Source of the DNA: Lingula anatina
Taxonomy: Eukaryota; Animalia; Brachiopoda
Assembly: GCA_051362555.1 (NCBI GenBank)
Contig: CM120643.1
Coordinates: 21,084,848-21,148,847, forward strand
Reading direction: 5' to 3'
DNA length: 64,000 nucleotides
Shown: positions 41,501-50,647 of the stretch, piece after piece
Layout of the letters: the number at the start of each line of letters is the position of its first letter
Position numbering within the stretch: position 1 is the first letter of the stretch
The notes under the pieces: model-generated
Databases searched by the model: none
The model's input: only the letters and a program-made list of their open reading frames with translations
Told to the model about the DNA's origin: nothing
Program-made: the position numbers and the translations under genes

Positions 41501-44500
41501 GGAGGTCCACCAGGAACAGGAGGTCCACCAGGCACAGGAGGTCCACCAGGAACAGGAGGTCCACCAGGTACAGGAGGTCCACCAGGAACAGGAGGTCCAC
41601 CAGGCACAGGAGGTCCACCAGGTACTGGAGGTCCACCAGGCACAGAAGGTCCACCAGGAACAGGAGGTCCACCAGGCACAGGAGGTCCACCAGGCACAGG
41701 AGGTCCACCAGGCACTGGAGGCCCACCAGGTACAGGAGGTCCACCAGGTACTGGAGGCCCACCAGGAACAGGAGGTCCACCAGGCACAGGAGGTCCACCA
41801 GGCACTGGAGGCCCACCAGGAACAGGAGGTCCACCAGGTACTGGAGGCCCACCAGGAACAGGAGGGCCACCAGGCACAGGAGGACCACCAGGTACTGGAG
41901 GCCCACCAGGAACAGGAGGTCCACCAGGTACAGGAGGCCCACCAGGAACAGGAGGTCCACCAGGTAATTCGCAATCAGTTGTCTGACTGCTGCAGCCACA
42001 GTCATAAATTGTTTAGTTACATCTCGATTAGATTACTGCAACTCCATTTTATACGGTTGTCCAAAGAAACAAATTGCCAGACTGCAGCACATTCAAAATA
42101 TTTCGTCCAGATTATTAACTCGGACATCCACAAGCAAACACGTCTCCCAAGTTTTAAAAAGTTTACACTGGCTATCTCTACAAGCCAGAATTTTATTCAA
42201 AATTTTAGTTTTTACTCACGATGCTTTTTATGGATTGGCACCAATCTACATCAATGAATTAGTTAGTCACTATGTTCCAATGCGAAATCTGCGGTCTGTA
42301 GACCAATTGCTACTCAACCCAGTAAAAATGCAATTAAATACCTACGGTGACATGTGTTTTAAAGCTGCAGGTCTAAAGGAATGGAATCTATTACCGCTGG
42401 AAATCCGAGCAATTCAGTCTACCAAACATTTTAAAAAAGAACTCAAAACATACCTTTTTTAGGAAATATTTTGATGAACTCTTAATTGATTTTATCAATC
42501 TTGTATTAATTGCATTTAATTGTATGGAATAATGGCTGTTTTACCTAGATTTTATTTATGATATTTTATGTAAAGTCTACTGAACATTTTAAAAGGATTT
42601 TAAAAGGACTTGAAATAAATTTATTATTAGGCACAGGAGGTCCACCAGGTACTGGAGGTCCACCAGGTACAGGAGGTCCACCAGGTACTGGAGGCCCACC
42701 AGGAACAGGAGGTCCACCAGGCACAGGAGGCCCACCAGGAACAGGAGGTCCACCAGGCACAGGAGGTCCACCAGGTACTGGAGGCCCACCAGGAACAGGA
42801 GGTCCACCAGGAACAGGAGGTCCACCAGGTACTGGAGGCCCACCAGGAACAGGAGGTCCACCAGGTACAGGAGGTCCACCAGGAACAGGAGGTCCACCAG
42901 GAACAGGAGGTCCACCAGGTACTGGAGGCCCACCAGGAACAGGAGGTCCACCAGGCACAGGAGGACCACCAGGTACAGCAGGTCCACCAGGAACAGGAGG
43001 TCCACCAGGCACAGGAGGTCAACCAGGCACAGGAGGTCCACCAGGCACAGGAGGTCCACCAGGTACTGGAGGCCCACCAGGAACAGGAGGTCCACCAGGC
43101 ACAGGAGGTCCACCAGGTACTGGAGGCCCACCAGGTACAGGAGGTCCACCAGGCACAGGAGGTCCACCAGGCACAGGAGGCCCACCAGGAACAGGAGGTC
43201 CACCAGGTACAGGAGGTCCACCAGGAACAGGAGGTCCACCAGGTACTGGAGGCCCACCAGGAACAGGAGGTCCACCAGGCACAGGAGGCCCACCAGGAAC
43301 AGGAGGTCCACCAGGTACAGGAGGTCCACCAGGAACAGGAGGTCCACCAGGAACAGGAGGTCCACCAGGTACTGGAGGCCCACCAGGAACAGGAGGTCCA
43401 CCAGGAACAGGAGGTCCACCAGGAACAGGAGGTCCACCAGGCACAGGAGGTCCACCAGGCACAGGAGGTCCACAAGGTACTGGAGGCCCACCAGGTACAG
43501 GAGGTCCACCAGGCACAGGAGGTCCACCAGGCACAGGAGGTCCACCAGGTACTGGAGGCCCACCAGGAACAGGAGGTCCACCAGGCACAGGAGGCCCACC
43601 AGGAACAGGAGGTCCTCCAGGTACAGGAGGTCCACCAGGAACAGGAGGTCCACCAGGAACAGGAGGTCCACCAGGTACTGGAGGCCCACCAGGAACAAGA
43701 GGTCCACCAGGCACTGGGGGCCCACCAGGAACAGGAGGTCCATCAGGCACAGGAGGTCCACCAGGTACTGGAGGTCCACCAGGAACAGGAGGTCCACCAG
43801 GTACAGGTGGTCCACCAGGAACAGGAGGTCCCCCAGGAATAGGAGGTCCACCAGGAACAGGAGGTCCACCAGGTACTGGAGGCCCACCAGGCACAGGAGG
43901 TCCACCAGGCACAGGAGGTCCACCAGGCACAGGAGGTCCACCAGGTACTGGAGGCCCTCCAGGAACAGGAGGTCCACCAGGCACAGGAGGCCCACCAGGA
44001 ACAGGAGGTCCACCAGGTACAGGTGGTCCACCAGGCACAGGAGGTCCCCCAGGAACAGGAGGTCCACCAGGCACAGGAGGTACCCCAGGAACAGGAGGTC
44101 CACCAGGCACAGGAGGCCCACCAGGAACAGGAGGTCCACCAGGTAATTCGCAATCAGTTGTCTGACTGCTGCAGCCACAGTCATAAATTGTTTAGTTACA
44201 TCTCGATTAGATTACTGCAACTCCATTTTATACGGTTGTCCAAAGAAACAAATTGCCAGACTGCAGCACATTCAAAATATTTCGGCCAGATTATTAACTC
44301 GGACATCCACAAGCAAACACGTCTCCCAAGTTTTAAAAAGTTTACACTGGCTACCTCTACAAGCCAGAATTTTATTCAAATTTTTAGTTTTTACTCACGA
44401 TGCTTTTTATGGATTGGCACCAATCTACATCAATGAATTAGTTAGTCACTATGTTCCGATGCGAAATCTGCGGTCTGTAGACCAATTGCTACTCAACCCA

Positions 44501-47343
44501 GTAAAAATGCAATTAAAAACTTACGGTGACATGTCTTTTAAAGCTGCAGGTCCAAAGGAATGGATTCTATTACCGCTGGAAATCCGAGCAATTCAGTCTA
44601 CCAAACATTTTAAAAAAGAACTCAAAACATACCTTTTTTAGGAAATATTTTGATTAACTCTTAATTGGTTTTATAAATCTTGTATTAATTGCATTTAATT
44701 GTATGGAATAATGGCTGTTTTACCTAGATTTTATTTATGATATTTTATGTAGTATTATTTATGATATTTTATGTAAAGTCTACTGAACATTTTAAATGGA
44801 TTTTAGACTTAAAATAAATTTATTATTATTAGGCACAGGAGGTCCACCAGGTACAGGAGGTCCACCAGGTACTGGAGGTCCACCAGGTACAGGTGGTCCA
44901 CCAGGAACAGGAGGCCCACCAGGCACAGGAGGTCCACCAGGAACAGGAGGTCCACCAGGTACAGGAGGTCCACCAGGTACTGGAGGTCCACCAGGTACAG
45001 GAGGTCCACCAGGTACTGGAGGCCCACCAGGAACAGGAGGTCCACCAGGCACAGGAGGCCCACCAGGAACAGGAGGTCCACCAGGTACAGGAGGTCCACC
45101 AGGTACTGGAGGCCCACCAGGAACAGAAGGCCCACCAGGAACAGGAGGTCCACCAGGCACTGGAGGTCCACCAGGAACAGGAGGCCCACCAGGCACAGGA
45201 GGTCCACCAGGAACAGGAGGTCCACCAGGCACAGGAGGTCCACCAGGCACTGGAGGCCCACCAGGCAAAGGAGGTCCACCAGGAACAGGAGGTCCACCAG
45301 GCACAGGAGGTCCACCAGGTACAGGTGGTCCACCAGGAACAGGAGGCCCACCAGGGAGAAGAGGTCCACCAGGGACAGGAGGTCCACCCGGACAGAAGGG
45401 AATGAAAGGTTAAATTTACCCATGTTCAATACGAAATATATATTTTATAATTTACCTAGAAAAGCACTCAGAGAGCACAGACCTCCGCCAAGGGAGTAAA
45501 GTCTCCATTCAATGTCGTTTCACCCTTAAATTTTTGATATTTTTTTTATTCTTGATTGATTATTGATCCGGATCACCATCAAAAACTAATCACCTGTTCC
45601 TTGGCCCACTTCCCTCAGTTCCTGAAATTTTATCAAAATCGGTCAATAACTCAGTTTTTTTTAAATTTTTTATTATTGATTATTGATTGAGTATTGATCC
45701 AGATTACCACCAAAAACTATTCACTTGTAAGTTAACCCATTTCTGACCTACCCTGAAAATGCCATCGAAATCCATCCATAACTTTTTGAGTTATATTGAT
45801 GACAAACAAACAAACAAACAGGGGTGAAAACATAACCTCCTTGGCGGAGGTAAAAATATTATTTCTTTCAAGTAATAATGATAGTAACTAAAGCCAATGG
45901 CTGCAAAAAATGGATTAATTCATTGGGAAGATTTCTTGAAAATTACAGTTTAGGTGTTTTGGCCTATTATTGCATTTGTTTTTACTCATCCCTCTTTTTT
46001 AACACTGATGAAAATGATATTTGAACTTGTTTATAGAGTTTTGATATATTTTGTTTAATCAAAGATTTAACCTTTTAAGGAATGAAAGGACTTCCTGGAG
46101 GGGGAAAGGGATCTAAGGGAATGAAAGGTAAGACGGTGAACAAGATAGACGATACAAGCTGCCCAAATTACAAACACAATGCAGTTGAATACAAAATTAG
46201 AATTCACTTTCTTTAAATGAATTCACTTTCTTCGTATGAGATCTATATTTCACAGTAAAAACATTGCAAACAACTCACAGAAATACATTTTCTATTTTAC
46301 CACAAAAATGGCAGTTAAAGCAATTATTCTTAAATCTGTGCTCGTCTTCAGACCATGTGACCTCCATACAGGTAGATGGCTATAAAAAACAAACTTTCTA
46401 GAAAAAAATCCATTGACTAAATTTGAATGTAGAAATGGATTTATTAACCATTGGTAAGTATGGGAAAATTGTTTACCCCGGGGAAATTCATTATTTGACC
46501 AAAATGAACAGTTGTTATCCCTTTAATTATGCATCTGCTTTATTATTCTGTCTTTAAAGCACTTTCCCTTCAAAAGACAAAAGGCTGCGCCGTGCTAGAT
46601 TTTATTAATAGTTACCACATTGTTCAATAGGATGGACGGTCCGAAGCGTATGAAAATACAGGCAAGCGTGTACACTGATTCTATTGTGAGGAGCGCCGCC
46701 ATTGGTAAAAAAGGAGATAATGTGGGTGTATAGAGACATATGTCGAAGACACGTGTTTTCTCCCGTCCTGTAACGTCCATAACGCATGGGCAAAGTGACC
46801 ATGACTCCTTCTACCGGGTTCACAGATTTTCCCTTGATTTCCACAGATGTGTATCTGGCTTATTCTTGACAATTTTGTCTTATGCCCCGCAAGATTTTTT
46901 TACTTGGAATCAATAGCCTTTTGCAGCTAGATGAGTAGATATTGACTTCTTTTGTTTACTGAAGAGCTTGGCATATTTCATCACTCGGCCGGTCTCCGGT
47001 ATAGAGTAGACCCTAAACACATATAATAAGTAATTTATGGGCAGTGTTGAAGTCAATCAGATGACACACGTTTTGTATCCATCGCATAAAGCACGGAGCG
47101 GCAAATTGTCTTTTGACGGGAAAGTGCTTCAAATCTTGATGAAATTTAAGGGTGCATGCTAAATAGCTGTCAGCCGAGCAGACAAGAAAGTTAATTACCC
47201 CCTTACAGCTTGTAGTAGGCGGGACGGACATTTAAGCCGGATTATCTGACAGTAATCTAGTGAGACTCCCCGCGGGGATAGATCGATCTAAAAGGACTGG
47301 GAATACAGCCTAAGTCACCGAATTAGAGCTATTACCCTATTGG

Positions 47344-47382
<39 letters not shown>

Positions 47383-50300
47383 AATAATAATAATAATACG
47401 AGTTATATTGCGCATCATACCTAGAATAAAAGATGCATTGAAGACAAATTAAACTTTCTCACTTCTTTCAAATAAAAAAAAAAATATTATTTGTCATTTT
47501 ACTACACTGATTCATTTCATAAAACTTAACCTTTGACTCAGTTCTTAGGAGCAGAAATGAATGATTGATGAAAAAGAATCATTTTACATTCAAGCCATAC
47601 ATGGGCGTTCAGAAAAAAAACTTCTAGTTTTATAGCCCAATATGGGCAGTTAGTGTTATTTGCCTTTTTTTTAAATTCTCCATTCCCCGAATGAGGAAAA
47701 TGCCAATTGGTATAAGTATTGTTAAGCAATGCAAGAGAAATGTGGAATTAGACTGTGAAAATGTTTAGAATTGACTCTTGATTCTGGAACTGTAGTATAC
47801 TGTATACCCCCTACATTTTGTCCCAGTCTACCGACTGATATATCAAATATTCGAAATGCACTGCAAACCAGGGGCTAAGCAAGGATCAAATTAAGTGTAC
47901 GTTACTATATGCATTAAATCTTTCACGTGTTGGCACAGCTGACACGCCGGTGTGACAGAAATGTCACCTTGATTGGTTAGAAAACGATTTTCGTAAAATC
48001 TCTACATTATTTAAAAAACGGATGCATAGTCTTTAAAACCACATAAAACGATCTTACAGTGCCATACTAGGCTAACACACACATAAAACATAAAAATCGG
48101 TTAACAAATGTCGCTAAATCCCCATAGGCTCCCATAGAGTCATTGAAATAGAAAGAGCTTGCGAAACAAGGATACCTCGACGCGCAAGATATTCATAATA
48201 ACATGTAGACAGTCAACAAATCACACTGAAACTTACTCCACTTACGTTAAACGTTCTCGATTACAACATCTCACTGATCATTTCCAAATCCCAGTCGGAC
48301 ATCGGTAGAAATCGGTACTCGTTTTGAGTCTGAACGGCGAGGACTTCGTAAGCGTTTATCGTGGATTTCTCTCAGCGCGTGGGGGTTTGGGAGCCCTCCC
48401 CGAAGAAAACGTTGAAAAATTAAGCATTAAATTTTGTAATTTAGTGTCATTTAAACCAAAGATTGGTCCCACAAAAATGAAAGAGAGAGCAGCTAATCCA
48501 CCATGTGTGCAAAATCGTGACAAAGCCATATGTCTCCTCAGAAAAAAAAAAAACTTTGAAAAATTAAGCATAAAATAGAGTAGTTTAATATAATTTAAAC
48601 CAATGATTGGTCCTCCAAAATAAGTTTGACAAAAATTTTATTTTTACTACGAGCCCAGTTGAGCTTCTATTTTGTTAATCAAATGGTCATTTCCGAAAAT
48701 GAATACATTGTAACGCGAATGGAGGCGGTCACGAACCGCTATGGAATGCACGTAGGTAATTGCTACCCTCTACCAGGGCCGCAGACTTTATTTTGTGGAC
48801 TTTTCTCTGTTACATTGCAGAAAAGTACGGTCAGTTTAACCAAAGAACTATCTATGAATATATAGTGAAAAAAATTAATCAGTGATCTTGGTAGAGGGTA
48901 GTTGATTGCGGCTGGGGAATAAATTTGTTTCAGGATATTTTAACACATCGTTTAATTCAGCTAGAAATGTAAGGTTCTGGATAGTAAATCAGCGGGCATT
49001 ATAGTTCTGTGCACATACAATGTATATGCCTTCGTTTATCTTTATAACGGCGTGGTCATTGCCGCTGATTTGAAATGATGAAAAAATACAGTGAAGAGTA
49101 GAAATATGAATTTTCTTTTATCTCTAAGCTAAAATATGTATCACAGTCATTCTTTTTGGTTTTAATTATTGAAATCAGTTCTTATAATATTGGCCAGGGT
49201 TGGTTGGTTGACTAGAAAACTACATGCAGGGCATGTTTAGGGCCCCAGCATGGGTCTCCTTTACGAGACACTGCTAAATGAGCAATTCTTATCTATTAAA
49301 AGTGGCATTAGTGTTGTCGTTCAGCATTCGTTCGCTATTTTCAAACCAACAAAGCTATGCCCATGTGTGGTCATATACGGTGATTCTTGATTCATCCCGA
49401 GGTTCACATTTATACAGCAATCTAGAAAAACTATAAAAGCAGAACTACAAAAGGTGTCATTTTTGTCCAAAATGGACCCCGCTACGTTATTCATAAATAT
49501 TCTTTTTATCTGTATCACACACACACACACACACACATATATTTTTTAATTTACATTTGTGCGCTCTCTGCGTACGAGCGTACATGTACCTACACCACCG
49601 TAAACCTCACAGTCTTGATAACTTGATCCATCTGGGGCCCTAAACATTTTTATCTGTGTTATCTAGGGAGATCTGTGAGATCACCAAAGCACCGATGCAT
49701 AAATCAAATTGTTTTTCCCCAGCTGGTTAGACGTGGGGTATGTGTGAGACATAAAATCCGAATGAAATTAACACACGTGTTGTAAGCGGGACATAAAAAA
49801 ACACTACTGTTGCAATATAATGAACAGCAAGAGCAGGAGTGGGTATCGTGTAATCAAAAAATAAATGTGACACAATCGACGTAGTATTTTCGTCGTCCTG
49901 CTGGCACGGCGTCATGCTATAGTGGTATGTGGAAGTCATGTTGCATATGGTAGTCAATTGACCGACTTAGTATTGTGGATCTATGTATGGGATATTTCTT
50001 GTTAGTCCAGGTTCAGGTTCAGGTTGTAGAAGCCACTTTAATCTGTTGGCCGGATGATACAATGTGGTACAGGAACACGCTGATGCCTTTGTTTATCGTA
50101 GACGTACGTGCGGTGTTTGTCAGAAGACAGTAGATGCTTGGCTCTCCGTTGCATTCGATGAAACGCTTAAAATCAGTTTCAAACGCCAGTTTCAAACTTC
50201 ATCAACACACGGTCATAATTTTTTTTTTTTTTTTTTTGAGAATTAGAAAAATATTACTCTTTGTTGAACTGTGCGAACCGACTAAATAGCTGGAAAAACC

Positions 50301-50598
50301 CATATAACCTCTAGCTTTATTTTTCAATTCAGGTATGAAAGGCGACAGAGGGATGCCAGGTTTGAAAGGGATGAAAGGCATGAAAGGCAACAGAGGGACA
50401 GGTTCCAAGGGAATGAAGGGCGATAGAGGGATGCCGGGTTTCAATGGGATTAAAGGGATGAAAGGCGACAAAGGGAGAAGAGGTAACAGAGGGATGAAAG
50501 GCAACAGAGGGATGAAAGGCAACAAAGGGAGGAGAGGTAACAGAGGGATGAAGGGCTCCAAAGGATCCCCAGGTAGGATAATCAATTAAATTTGTTTT

Positions 50599-50647
<49 letters not shown>

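Larger units (their letters stand above)
8562..44832 (+). mobile_element. 17 copies of a 5'-truncated L2-clade LINE forming the introns: 8562-9246, 10309-10998, 11827-12516, 13471-14159, 14808-15497, 15678-16369, 17198-23406, 24469-25158, 25987-26676, 28927-29616, 30787-31476, 32809-33497, 35514-36203, 38472-39801, 40810-41477, 41964-42630, 44143-44832
   Basis: Translation ...[13 protein letters not shown]...LHWLP...YGD..FK..LKTYLF* matches the conserved C-terminus of L2/CR1-group ORF2. A 3' UTR follows, with an AGTCTA...TAGACT stem and an (ATT)n tail. Confidence 0.9.
2891..45390 (+). repeat. Coding minisatellite, 18-bp unit GG[ACT]AC[AT]GG[ATG]GGNCC[AC]CCA, nested in a higher-order exon+intron tandem array
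   Basis: Directly visible: about 1,371 units in 18 blocks separated by 17 near-identical spacers. Confidence 0.98.

Noticed and set aside
10402-44641. Repeated small ORFs (MAPIYINEL..., MSKETNCQ...) as a tandem gene family
   Set aside because: They are fragments or off-frame readings of decayed L2 ORF2, with frameshifts and stops that differ among copies.
8562-44832. Repeat/spacer alternation resembling a CRISPR array or a gene-cassette system
   Set aside because: The constant parts are ~690-bp LINE fragments and the variable parts are coding minisatellite. The DNA is eukaryotic, with no cas or integrase genes.
2749-45429. Long minus-strand ORFs (PGGPPV)n, (LVDLL..)n and (WWTSC..)n, and plus-strand (QEVHQ..)n ORFs
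   Set aside because: These are shadow frames of a stop-free 18-bp repeat. The antisense PGGPPV frame looks conserved only because it shares wobble positions with the sense frame. Splice signals and the continuation into unique collagen and TM exons exist only for the + strand GTGGPP frame.
50211-50237. gtcataa + poly(T), resembling the insertion junction at 38511
   Set aside because: No second TSD copy and no further similarity, so probably coincidence.
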